The notes: a model not told the origin generated them from the letters alone. A DNA stretch of 31,228 nucleotides from a virus (IMGVR_UViG_3300036779_000274:1-31228); one strand, 5' to 3'. Shown: positions 9,072-17,943, counted from the stretch's first letter. Numbers and translations: made by a program.

Positions 9072-10313
9072 TTAGCCACCAGCCGCGGGTTTTCCGACCA
9101 GTGCTTTAATAGCGGCTGTATCTTCGAGAATACAGTCGAAGCGGTGGAAGGCCAGGAAGCCCGTTTGGTCAAACTCAGCATAACGCTCGGTCAGACGCTT
9201 CAGCACCATGTAAGTCACGCGGCGCAGGATGAAGCGATCGAAGTCACCACAGTAGATGAACTTATTACCAGCCCCCACGTCAGCAATGGCCTGATCTACA
9301 ACATACGGCACCTGCAGAACAGTGGCCGGCGCACCGCCGATGATGGACGGCAACCACAGAGGGCGGCCTTGACCGTCTTCCATCTCTTCCACCAGCTTCA
9401 GTGTTGCATCATTGAAAGCCCAACGGAATTTTGGTCCGTTGCGATACGCTGGATCAATGCTGTGTTTCAGCGCGTTCATTTCCTTCCAGGTGAATTTATC
9501 TGCCGCTGCTGCATTAACCGTACCGGTAACAGATCCTTCCAGCCCTTTCGGCTGTAATGGTGAACCAGCCCCGGTTCCCTTCACCAGGTATTTGGCCTCA
9601 CCACGACCAATACGCTGAGCGATGCGGCTAGCCAGGTAGGCTTCCATATCGATGCCGCTATCCTGCAGTAGCTCGTTTGATACACGGATGATCTTGGACG
9701 ACAGTTTCTTGGCACCCAGGGTGGCACCACCAAATTCGGTATCTTCTTCGGAGGCTGCTTTGTTTTCCCCCAGCAGCTCCCCTTCTTCTGCCGTGCCGTC
9801 CGCCGTTGCCCAGGCGATGTCCTGCCCGTTGGAGGTATTGAGGATCTGCGCCACACCGGCAATGCCGCCATAAGCTTTCATGGCTTCAACCACTTTGTTG
9901 AGGAACTGCGTAGGTACGGTATAGCCGCCCTTTTCATCAGGCGCGGTCCCCTGAGCACGCAACTCACGCAATGCCTGGCGCTCTTCGGCACTCAGTTCAC
10001 CCTGTCCGTGGCGCATCCAGCGATCGAACACTTGCGCACGCTTATCCTGGTCCTGACCTTCCGGACCTTTTTTCTTCAGTTCCTGGCGCTGTTCTTCGTT
10101 GTTTTCATCAACGAATGACTGATCCAGCGAGCGCAGGGATTCCTCACGCTCAATTGTTTCATCGATGGTTTGCAGCTCACCCTGAGCGTTTTTCCACTCG
10201 GTACGCTGTTCATCCGTCCAGGCTTTATCACCAATCTTGTCATGCAGAGCCCGCATGTCAGTGGCGATGGTATTACGTTTTTGCTTCAGTTCGTGCAGTT
10301 TAGTAGCAGACAT
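9072..10313 (-). CDS. Major capsid protein, HK97 family, with N-terminal coiled-coil scaffold (delta) domain
   Basis: 'GGYTVP', 'VSNELLQDS', 'GTG...PKG', 'DGQGRPLW', 'GDF'. Confidence 0.95.
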   Translation of the reverse strand: MSATKLHELKQKRNTIATDMRALHDKIGDKAWTDEQRTEWKNAQGELQTIDETIEREESLRSLDQSFVDENNEEQRQELKKKGPEGQDQDKRAQVFDRWMRHGQGELSAEERQALRELRAQGTAPDEKGGYTVPTQFLNKVVEAMKAYGGIAGVAQILNTSNGQDIAWATADGTAEEGELLGENKAASEEDTEFGGATLGAKKLSSKIIRVSNELLQDSGIDMEAYLASRIAQRIGRGEAKYLVKGTGAGSPLQPKGLEGSVTGTVNAAAADKFTWKEMNALKHSIDPAYRNGPKFRWAFNDATLKLVEEMEDGQGRPLWLPSIIGGAPATVLQVPYVVDQAIADVGAGNKFIYCGDFDRFILRRVTYMVLKRLTERYAEFDQTGFLAFHRFDCILEDTAAIKALVGKPAAGG

Positions 10314-10322
10314 AGTCTTTCC

Positions 10323-10922
10323 TTACGCGTTAATTAAAGTCAGCAGACGCTCGCGCGCCATTCGTTGGTTTACGGCGTTGGCGATCGCGCCATTGTCGCG
10401 TGCCTCCTGCCAGGCTTTCATTGAGCGGACAGCAGAGTCAGCAGCCTGATAGGCTGGGTAGGTCACAGGGCTGACGTCATACAGCCGTGAAAATTTGTTG
10501 ATTTCGCGAATAACCACCCCTTCTTCATCCTCGTACCAGTGATCGCCATCACGGGCGACACGGAACGCAAAAGAAGACTGATTGATGTCGCCGCGCTGCA
10601 TGGGTGCCAGCACCAGGTCGCGAATAGTTTGTGTGTCCGGCGCCTGAATGTCGTATTGCAAACCCCGCTCATCGACAGAAACTTTGAGCGTTCCCGCCGT
10701 GCTTCGCCCCAGAATGAAGTTGGGGTCATGGTTAAACAGCCCTCGAACATCATCATTCAGTACATCATCGAAGGCGCCAGGCTTAATGATTTCGCGAAAG
10801 CCCCAGAGCGGTTCAGATCGGATGTTGAATACAGAGCCATAACCGACAATGCGCGTCGGCTGGTTTTCCTGCTGTTCGGCGCGCACCTCACCGCTGTAAC
10901 AGCGCATTTCTCTGTCACTCAT
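10323..10922 (-). CDS. HK97-family prohead protease
   Basis: 'GYGSVFN', 'FREII.PGAF', 'LFNHD', 'SFAF', 'DVSPVTYPAY'. Confidence 0.95.
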   Translation of the reverse strand: MSDREMRCYSGEVRAEQQENQPTRIVGYGSVFNIRSEPLWGFREIIKPGAFDDVLNDDVRGLFNHDPNFILGRSTAGTLKVSVDERGLQYDIQAPDTQTIRDLVLAPMQRGDINQSSFAFRVARDGDHWYEDEEGVVIREINKFSRLYDVSPVTYPAYQAADSAVRSMKAWQEARDNGAIANAVNQRMARERLLTLINA

Positions 10923-12141
10923 CGGTTATTTCCTCTTTGGTTTTATCGTCAAGTTTGAATTTCGTCGGGTTAGCCGCATTGACGCTGACCAGCATTTCAT
11001 CCAGACCATCAACAGGGTTCATGTCTTCAAAGGTTCGCGCCTCATTTCGGCTCATCCAACCATCGGTAATGGCAAAGTGATAGAACTGAGCACGTTCCTG
11101 TGGGGTGCCTCGCATCAAACCGGCCAGGTTAAACCGCACGTAATAACCAGCGGCTCGTTCTGCCCGTGTAAATAGCCGGCGATTAAGTTCCTGCTCCCAG
11201 TTGGCAACCCAGGGCATGATGGTGTAACGCACAAACTGAATCGCCTGTGACGTAATGTTGCTGAAGGTGGCTTTTTCCAGGTCGTTGATCATGTGCGCCG
11301 GAACGTTATAAATCCCGGCAATCATCGAACGATTCAGCTTCATCATGTCGATCAACTGAGCATCGACCGGCGACACGGTAAGTGCCTGGTAGTCCAGGTC
11401 GGCTGGAAGCAGCAGGGTTTTGTTCTCCTGGCTGCGCAGCGCTTGCGCCGCTTTTTGCCAGACTTTCTTCAACCGGTCCCACCCTTCAGTCTTCAAATCG
11501 CCTTTAACTGAAACGATGCCGGCAGGACGAGCATTGCCACTGAAGAACGAACTGGTGTACTTCTGTCCACTCATTCCCATACCAATGGTTTCGGCGTGCT
11601 GCATGATGGGGCTGAGGCCCATTTTCTGATTATTCCCCAGCGCACGAATGTGGATCATGTCGTCGGGGCTGATCGCAAAGCTGCCTTCCTCGTTATAAAC
11701 ACCGTAGGTATAGCGTCCACCGGTATTCAGCAACGTCGTTTCCCACGGCATGCAGGCATCAAGCTTTGTGACTTCTCCCCGGCGGGAGCGTTGGACGCGT
11801 GTATAGCCGTTACCCCACCCCAAAACATGGCGTTGCTTAAGCTCACGCCATTTGTAGCTGGTCTGCCAGTCGTTCGGCTCATCGTGAATCAGATAAAAAA
11901 CAGGGTGATCACGCGCAGCCGTTACCGCGTTGCCGTTCTTGCGCATGACGTGAAGCGGCATTTGTGCAACGTTTGAAGCCAACACATAGATGCAGGAATA
12001 AACCGCTGCCAATTTCATTGCGGTTTCAGGGCTGACATAAACGTCAGAGTTGAAAATGCCGTCTGTCTCTGCCATTTCAGCAGTGATCGGGTTTGCCGGG
12101 TTTTCCAGCGGTTCATTACGGAATAGCGCGTCAAGTATCAC
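10915..12141 (-). CDS. Portal protein, HK97 family
   Basis: 'A.KLAAVYSCI.VLA..VA.MPL', 'PN..QT', 'GLSPI', 'FF.GNARPAGI', 'TFSNI', 'NEAR..ED'. Confidence 0.95.
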   Translation of the reverse strand: MILDALFRNEPLENPANPITAEMAETDGIFNSDVYVSPETAMKLAAVYSCIYVLASNVAQMPLHVMRKNGNAVTAARDHPVFYLIHDEPNDWQTSYKWRELKQRHVLGWGNGYTRVQRSRRGEVTKLDACMPWETTLLNTGGRYTYGVYNEEGSFAISPDDMIHIRALGNNQKMGLSPIMQHAETIGMGMSGQKYTSSFFSGNARPAGIVSVKGDLKTEGWDRLKKVWQKAAQALRSQENKTLLLPADLDYQALTVSPVDAQLIDMMKLNRSMIAGIYNVPAHMINDLEKATFSNITSQAIQFVRYTIMPWVANWEQELNRRLFTRAERAAGYYVRFNLAGLMRGTPQERAQFYHFAITDGWMSRNEARTFEDMNPVDGLDEMLVSVNAANPTKFKLDDKTKEEITDE

Positions 12142-12293
12142 GTTTTTCCCCTTCTGGCGGCGATGAGGGCAAATAACAGCAGGGCAGCGCCGGCAGACTG
12201 CAAAGCGGTTGCCGTGCCGAACTGTAGGTAAATGCCGCCCACCAGCAGGCCGAGGCCTGCCAGCCCGATAACATCGATAATTAGTGTTTTCAT
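12138..12293 (-). CDS. Small membrane protein (51 aa, YmfR-like) between terL and portal; not in the ORF track
   Basis: MKTLIIDVIGLAGLGLLVGGIYLQFGTATALQSAGAALLLFALIAARRGKT; 4-nt overlaps with both neighbours. Confidence 0.8.
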   Translation of the reverse strand: MKTLIIDVIGLAGLGLLVGGIYLQFGTATALQSAGAALLLFALIAARRGKT

Positions 12294-14041
12294 AGGATTA
12301 ACAGGTCTTCATCTGGGTCGATAGTAGACAGGAAATCAACCTCACCGCCTCCGTTAACAAGTAGTCGGCTCATGGCAATAAACATTGCAACTGGGCCGTC
12401 GATCTTGTTTTCTGGGGTGGATTTATTGGGGAAGATATTTTCATTTTTATCCGGTTTGACAGTGATGTTTGACATCATCCATGTCATAACCGGGTTGCCG
12501 TCATGGTGCAGGCGGCCTGCGTACACTTTCGCTTCGGATTCCTTCATGGCCTCAGAGAGGTTTTTCACTGTCTGAGCCACCTCTACGACCGGAGCACCTT
12601 CAGCAGCCACCGACAGGCCGAATTGTGTTGCGCTCCACGGGTCATATGCCAGTTCATTCATCGAGTCACCACCAGCCCAGGCCAAGGTTTCCTCTTTGAT
12701 TAACGCATGGTCAACAACATCCCCGTCGGTGAATTCCAGATAACCCGCCTCATTCCACTTTTTATACAACTCGGCCTGCTGCCTGGAACAAGCCTCCAGG
12801 CGACCTTCCGGTATCCAGAAACGCGATTTGGTATAAATATCGCCGTTCGGCGCAAGCCAGACCTTAACTGCGGCAGAAATGTCTATTTTGTTTGCCAGGT
12901 CAACACCAAGCCACATTGGCCAGCTCGCGGAATCTGAGCTCTCCCATGAGTCACGGCACTTTTCCCAGCGAGCCATGTCCATCCATGCCTGCTCACCCTG
13001 CACCCAGATATTGAGATGCTTGGTGAAAAAGTTAACGCGCGCGGATACCTGCTCCTTCGCCTTTTTAGCCAGGCGGCGCATGTCATCCCAGCGCTTGCAG
13101 ACGCCAAGACCTGGGTTCGCTTTTGGCCAGTTGGCCTCATCAAAGGGATCGTCATCCTTATCGAGGGTATAAATCAGGGCGAAATAGCTGTCATCCTTGA
13201 TGGATAACAGGTCTGGGTTATCGAAATTCTGCAACACCTTAATCGCGTAATCCCGCTGCTCGTAACAAATGCCCTCTTTGTTAAAGCCTGCTGTCGTGAT
13301 AGCGAAAATCAGTGACTGCAGTCGGGCACCGGTCGCCGTTTCCAGCACATCCCAAACATCGCGGGTTTTATGAGCGTGCAGCTCATCAACGATCCCGCAG
13401 TGAATGTTCAAACCGTCCAGGTTGTTAGCCTCACTGGCCACCGGTTCAAATTTAGAGCCGGAGCGTTCCTGGTGAATGTTCAACTTGTTGCTGCCGAACA
13501 GCCGCCCTAACGTTTTCGCTGCCAGCTTGATCATCCGTTTGGCATCATCAAATACGATACGGGCCTGATCGCGGGTCGTCGCAGCAGAGTAAACCTCCGC
13601 CCCGCCCTCACCGTCAGCGCCAGTCATATAGAGACCAATGCCAGAGGATAGGGTTGACTTGGCGTTCTTACGCGCCACCTCGTCATAAGCGGTGCGGAAC
13701 CGGCGCACATAAACAGGATCACCGTCATCATCAAGGACAATTTTCGAGGTGATCTCATCTATGAGCGGAATAACAAACCCGAAAAGGTTTATCAGAATAA
13801 AAATATGCCAATCCATCAGGTCGATCGGCTTGCCGGTCAGGTGTCCCTTCACATGGGGAACAAAGTTATAAAAATCGAGAATGTGCTGTGCGCGGCTTTC
13901 ATTGAAGTAAACACCGCGCTCAGCACCGTGCTCTATATCATGAAGAAACCGCCGGCACGCCAGGCGCACCAATTCGCCAGCAACAATCTCGCCAGATACC
14001 ACGCGTTCGGCGTAGCGAAATCCATCTGCAACGGTTGCCAT
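12290..14041 (-). CDS. terL: Terminase large subunit (HK97-like, 3'-cos group)
   Basis: Walker A-like 'VARKNAKS', Walker B 'GIVDELH', 'ITTAG', nuclease 'GVDLA', 'KIDGPVA'. Confidence 0.96.
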   Translation of the reverse strand: MATVADGFRYAERVVSGEIVAGELVRLACRRFLHDIEHGAERGVYFNESRAQHILDFYNFVPHVKGHLTGKPIDLMDWHIFILINLFGFVIPLIDEITSKIVLDDDGDPVYVRRFRTAYDEVARKNAKSTLSSGIGLYMTGADGEGGAEVYSAATTRDQARIVFDDAKRMIKLAAKTLGRLFGSNKLNIHQERSGSKFEPVASEANNLDGLNIHCGIVDELHAHKTRDVWDVLETATGARLQSLIFAITTAGFNKEGICYEQRDYAIKVLQNFDNPDLLSIKDDSYFALIYTLDKDDDPFDEANWPKANPGLGVCKRWDDMRRLAKKAKEQVSARVNFFTKHLNIWVQGEQAWMDMARWEKCRDSWESSDSASWPMWLGVDLANKIDISAAVKVWLAPNGDIYTKSRFWIPEGRLEACSRQQAELYKKWNEAGYLEFTDGDVVDHALIKEETLAWAGGDSMNELAYDPWSATQFGLSVAAEGAPVVEVAQTVKNLSEAMKESEAKVYAGRLHHDGNPVMTWMMSNITVKPDKNENIFPNKSTPENKIDGPVAMFIAMSRLLVNGGGEVDFLSTIDPDEDLLIL

Positions 14042-14044
14042 TCA

Positions 14045-14542
14045 TCATTTGCGCTTTTTAAGGAATTCTTCCAGTGGGTCAACCTCAGCCGGGCCTTTGG
14101 CACCGACCTTGGAGCGGCTTGAAGGGGTCATGCCAAACTCTGACAGCATGGCGCGAATTCGCTTCCAGGCATCTGCCTTCATCACAGCAGCAGGGTGCGG
14201 CTTAATCATTCTGATTTCTCGCTCTTCCCCTTCGTCAGGATCATCCTCGCTGTACACCGCGTAGGTATAACCCTCCCGATCGAGCGTGTCACAGTGGTGC
14301 CGGTATTCAACATAGGCCTCAATCAACAATTCGAGAGCTTTCGCATCCAGCGTGGTCATCACGCCGACGGCATCAAGTTCCTCGCCAATTCGCTTAAACC
14401 AATACTTGCCCTGCTTATCAAAATGCTTCGGCGTTGGGGGTACCCCAGAAGGCGGTTTTGGTTCGTTTTTGTTGATCGCTCGTTTTGATGGGTTCCCCTT
14501 CACTAAAGTCAAGTGTGTCGGGGTTTTCGGTGGTCCAGGCAT
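14045..14542 (-). CDS. terS: Terminase small subunit, P27 family
   Basis: 'GPPKTPT.L..VKGNPSKR', 'PHPA', 'SEFGMTPSSRSK'. Confidence 0.94.
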   Translation of the reverse strand: MPGPPKTPTHLTLVKGNPSKRAINKNEPKPPSGVPPTPKHFDKQGKYWFKRIGEELDAVGVMTTLDAKALELLIEAYVEYRHHCDTLDREGYTYAVYSEDDPDEGEEREIRMIKPHPAAVMKADAWKRIRAMLSEFGMTPSSRSKVGAKGPAEVDPLEEFLKKRK

Positions 14543-14574
14543 AATCGAAAACTCCTATTAATGACCGCGTGGGG

Positions 14575-14675
14575 ATACCCAAAAAAAGGTTTGCTAACCT
14601 GCGGCGGTGTGAAAAGAGGTAAGGCGGCGGTACTTTAGGCCGAGAGGGGTAGAGATTTGATCCCCCCCTCCCCTT
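14575..14675 (-). other. Putative cos region, probable nick site near CCGCCGCC at about 14622-14631
   Basis: Lies between HNH and terS; minus strand GGGGAGGGGGGGATCAAAT..ACCGCCGCC.., the pattern I recall for HK97-type 3'-cos phages. Confidence 0.65.
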
Positions 14676-14766
14676 GCTGATGAGAACTGATATCATTTGA
14701 TGATGAATGGTTCAACTCGCAACTAAATCACCAAGCAAGTGAGACCCATTATCATTTGATGGTCAT

Positions 14767-14952
14767 TCATCCAGCCTGCTGTTGCAGCTCTGCACCGACC
14801 AGGCCAATAGCAACCATCGCTTCGCCGCCTGGGTGGTCACTGAGTAGCTTCCTAATGACATCAAGGCATTGCTGCACGTTGCGCTGTTGATCTTCTGGCA
14901 TCGAGGCAATCAGTCCATTGAACAGCAATACCGTTTCATCGTCTCGTGTCAT
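14767..14952 (-). CDS. Hypothetical protein (61 aa)
   Basis: ATGA overlap with the HNH stop; MTRDDETVLLFNGLIAS.. Confidence 0.65.
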   Translation of the reverse strand: MTRDDETVLLFNGLIASMPEDQQRNVQQCLDVIRKLLSDHPGGEAMVAIGLVGAELQQQAG

Positions 14953-15299
14953 CTCGTTCTCTCCGTTGCCGTCTTGCGGCGGTGGCATGGCCAGCACAGG
15001 CCTTCGAGGTTCGAATCATCATCGGTACCCCCATGTGCTTTTGCCTTGATGTGGTCAACCGTGGTGGCCGCTACAGCGCGACCGTTGCGCAAGCATTCCT
15101 GGCATAGGTGATTGTCACGCGTAAGGATGCGTGCCCGTCTGATTGTCCAGTCATTGCCGTAACCGCGCTGGTGCCGGCTCTTGCCCTGCTGGTGATTCTC
15201 CCAGCCAGTGTTCTGGTGGTCAGAGCAGTAACCAGATCGGTCGGTTGTCGTCTTGCTACATCCATGCTTACGGCATGCGCGGGGGATTCTGGTTGGCAT
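14949..15299 (-). CDS. HNH endonuclease (HK97 gp74-like terminase cofactor)
   Basis: 'C...GC', 'RGYG..W', 'CQEC', 'VDHI...GG.DD..NL..LC..CH..KT'; upstream of terS. Confidence 0.94.
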   Translation of the reverse strand: MPTRIPRACRKHGCSKTTTDRSGYCSDHQNTGWENHQQGKSRHQRGYGNDWTIRRARILTRDNHLCQECLRNGRAVAATTVDHIKAKAHGGTDDDSNLEGLCWPCHRRKTATERTR

Positions 15300-15308
15300 G
15301 AGTTACCT

Positions 15309-15863
15309 TCAGAGCATAGCCCTATGGATCTTACCGCCAGGCTGCAGCTCCCTTTCGATTATCATCTGAGCCGCTTTCCTTGCCTGTTGGCTTACTTCTT
15401 TGATGAGGTCAGCCTGTTGAATGGCGCCGTCTTTAATCTGCGCCTCAGCGATGAACACCTGACCTGCACTAATTGTGTAGGTCGATTGACCCACATACTC
15501 GGCAGGCTCGCCAAGGTACTGAGTCTTCTGTATGCGCTCACTCAATTCAGCAATGCGCATCAGCTGATTCTCCAGCACCGTGAGGGCTGAGGTATCCACA
15601 TTAATGCCGAGGGTCATAGTGCCAACACTCTCGGCTGTCTTGGGCTGGATGGCATCAATATTATCCTGGTCACTTACGACAGGAACGTAACCACCTTTAA
15701 CCGACAGAGTGATCGGGAAGTATTCGGGGATGCCGCTTACCGTAGTACGCACACCATGAAGGTCATAGCGCGCAGTGCCTGCCGGGTTGCTTAACTCATA
15801 GCCGTCTTTGGTGACGGTTATGCCGAGGTTGCGCATCACATCGCGCAGGGGTAACTGTTTCAT
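15309..15863 (-). CDS. Hypothetical phage protein (184 aa)
   Basis: Start re-called at ATG 15863 with GGAG SD; stop lies 9 nt before the HNH start. Confidence 0.7.
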   Translation of the reverse strand: MKQLPLRDVMRNLGITVTKDGYELSNPAGTARYDLHGVRTTVSGIPEYFPITLSVKGGYVPVVSDQDNIDAIQPKTAESVGTMTLGINVDTSALTVLENQLMRIAELSERIQKTQYLGEPAEYVGQSTYTISAGQVFIAEAQIKDGAIQQADLIKEVSQQARKAAQMIIERELQPGGKIHRAML

Positions 15864-15981
15864 TCCGAATCTCCAAATAGAAAAGCCACCAGCCTGCTGA
15901 TGCGCTGGGTGCGCGGTAGGTGCAGGGTGATGGCTTTGGTTATTGTGCATTACGCAATAGCCTCGCGAGGCGATTCTGTAG

Positions 15982-16080
15982 TGCAATCACTGTAATCACC
16001 GTAATCACTGCAATCACTGTAATCACTATAATCACTGCAATCACTGTAATCACTGTAATCACTGTAATCACTGTAATCAT
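15982..16080. repeat. Tandem array of 11 x 9 bp (consensus TGTAATCAC)
   Basis: Units: tgcaatcac tgtaatcac cgtaatcac tgcaatcac tgtaatcac tataatcac tgcaatcac tgtaatcac tgtaatcac tgtaatcac tgtaatcat. Confidence 0.97.
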
Positions 16081-16094
16081 GTTAGCGTGGTTGA

Positions 16095-16390
16095 TTTATT
16101 TTTTAATAGCCCCAAATTCAGCTTGCTGGCCACCGAAGTCGAATAGTTCCAGATGGCTGGTGGTGGTGTCCATCACGAACACCTTGGCTTTCAGGTTACT
16201 TTTTTTGGGCGCCGAAAGATTTCACCGAGTTGACAGTAAACGACGTGGGGTTCTCCAGATGGCGTTTAAACGCGATTTTTTCCGCCGCATCTATCTTTCT
16301 GGCGATACTGGTTAGCGCCTGCGCTGTGGCAAATGGGATTTGTTTGTGTACGTTCTGGAGTTGAGTCGACAACTCTTTTAAACCTGCCAT
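16095..16390 (-). pseudogene. Frameshifted, truncated remnant of a phage gene normally found upstream of terminase genes
   Basis: 'KQIPFATAQALT..A...FKRHLENPT.FTVNS' stops at an A7 run (16200-16206); plausible continuation 'SNLKAKVFV..HLELFDFGG' in the shifted frame; family recalled from memory. Confidence 0.6.
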
Positions 16391-16551
16391 GCTGCCCCCA
16401 TCGACCTAGAAGCCCTTATCGTTAAGCAGGTTAATTTTCTTAATTCAAGTAATAACCTAATATTAGTTTATGACCATTCCTTTGGAATATGCTTTACTAC
16501 TTTCTCCACAACAATAACTAACGGTAAACACCAAGCTACAAGGGATCTGGA

Positions 16552-16821
16552 ATGCTAGGAACTGTTTCGTATGTTGACAAAAATTCAAGACACTTCATCG
16601 TAAGAGATGTGGTTGGTGAGTTCACTTTGGCTTTGGTTATGGGTAAGCATGACGTAACTTTAGGTGATTGCTTAATTGGGAACATTCAAAAACTAGGGTG
16701 TTCAAGGCTTGTTAACAAAACGTCAGAAAAAATATTGCCCACCCTTATCTTAGACTCTCATTGTTCAGAGAAGGATGTCTTACTGAAGCTTCGAAGGGCT
16801 AAACGACTCAATGCTTTTTGA
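16552..16821 (+). CDS. Hypothetical protein (89 aa), moron gene 1
   Basis: AT-rich, opposite strand to the late operon, AAGGGA SD. Confidence 0.7.
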   Translation: MLGTVSYVDKNSRHFIVRDVVGEFTLALVMGKHDVTLGDCLIGNIQKLGCSRLVNKTSEKILPTLILDSHCSEKDVLLKLRRAKRLNAF

Positions 16822-16943
16822 ATCGCATAACTCAGGTTTCAATAAGTTCGATTTACTGGCAAGTAGAGACCGCATTGGGATTATTCCCAATGAATTCTGC
16901 TAAGAATTTGCTATCAATGTTAAATGTAATCAAGGAGAAAATT

Positions 16944-17381
16944 ATGCAAATTGGCAAACAAAAGCTTCAGAGGATTGACGATGGTAATATCAGAAACATG
17001 CCTAGCAAAGACATCCCAGGAGTTGATGCAGCCGTCAAAGATGTTGTAGGTAAACTCAATTTTGCAGACGTTTTCCGTAACGGACAATACACAATTGCAA
17101 ACTCTGATTATCCCTACAAAAAAAACCACACACGGGTTCGCATTGACCATCAAGGCTCACATGACAACGGCCACAACCAGGGCGGCAAATGGCATAATAT
17201 TCAAATTCAAATAAATGGGATATCAGGTAACAGCACAGTCGCTCATGTGAATGTTCATGATAGCCTCGCCAGCATAGATCAGAACGTCTCAAAAATCGCA
17301 CAAAGCAAAATCAGGGACGCGTTACTATCTAGCTTTAAAGATAAGCATAGCTACTCAATTAGCCTGATTGAGGCCAAATGA
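16944..17381 (+). CDS. Hypothetical protein (145 aa), moron gene 2, His-rich motif
   Basis: Start re-called at ATG 16944 with AAGGAG SD at 16932-16937. Confidence 0.75.
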   Translation: MQIGKQKLQRIDDGNIRNMPSKDIPGVDAAVKDVVGKLNFADVFRNGQYTIANSDYPYKKNHTRVRIDHQGSHDNGHNQGGKWHNIQIQINGISGNSTVAHVNVHDSLASIDQNVSKIAQSKIRDALLSSFKDKHSYSISLIEAK

Positions 17382-17399
17382 TTCGAGTTTCCCCAATCT

Positions 17400-17669
17400 T
17401 TATTGCGGGTAAGCGATCTCATCCCGCCATTGGTTCAGCGTGGCCACTTGGCTGGCGCAGATTGATAAGGCTGTTTGAAGCGCCAGCGTGTAGCTGAGAG
17501 CATCGCCCCAAGTCTCTCCCTGCAGCGTTGGTTGCTCGCATGGGATGAACACGGACTCAGGGGGTAGCAGGATGATTTGTTGCGGTGCTGGCGGAGTTTT
17601 GCTGCAGGAGGTCAATAACAGCATCAGGCATCCGCTCAGCAGCACAAGCGTTATCTTTGATCGCTTCAC
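17400..17669 (-). CDS. Outer-membrane spanin (Rz1/LysC-like lipoprotein)
   Basis: Lipobox LLTS-C, Pro-rich 'PPAPQQIILLPPE..PCEQP'; overlaps the 3' end of the i-spanin. Confidence 0.85.
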   Translation of the reverse strand: MKRSKITLVLLSGCLMLLLTSCSKTPPAPQQIILLPPESVFIPCEQPTLQGETWGDALSYTLALQTALSICASQVATLNQWRDEIAYPQ

Positions 17670-17943
17670 GGTATTTCCTCTGATAGATGTCGCTTTGCTG
17701 TCGCAATTGCTGTTCTCGTTGTTGCTGCGCTGCCATCAGTGCGCGGTTCTGCGCGTCCTGCGTTTGCAGCATGGTTATCACCCCGGCCTGTTGGTCTACC
17801 GTCTTCTTTTGTTCCATCAGCTTTTTATCTGAAAGCCTCAGGTCTTTGCGGTAACCCCAGTTGCTGACAGCTAACCAAGCGAACAAGGCAAGGGCAGCAG
17901 CCACCAGCAGCGCTTTGCCATTAGGCAGCGGTAACCAGCTCAT
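17557..17943 (-). CDS. Inner-membrane spanin (Rz/LysB, DUF2570-like)
   Basis: N-terminal transmembrane segment, coiled coil, 'CA...MP.AVI.LL'; follows the endolysin. Confidence 0.85.
   Translation of the reverse strand: MSWLPLPNGKALLVAAALALFAWLAVSNWGYRKDLRLSDKKLMEQKKTVDQQAGVITMLQTQDAQNRALMAAQQQREQQLRQQSDIYQRKYREAIKDNACAAERMPDAVIDLLQQNSASTATNHPATP

Noticed and set aside
287-14488. Many plus-strand ORFs of 60-200 aa opposite head and tail genes
   Set aside because: These are antisense shadows of well-supported minus-strand genes, with no recognisable motifs.
15982-16080. Possible CRISPR array
   Set aside because: The units are 9 bp and contiguous, with no unique spacers and no cas genes in the window.
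15920-16315. 131-aa plus-strand ORF containing ITV repeats
   Set aside because: It is antisense to the late operon and the pseudogene, has no convincing SD, and stays open partly because the repeat has no stop in that frame.
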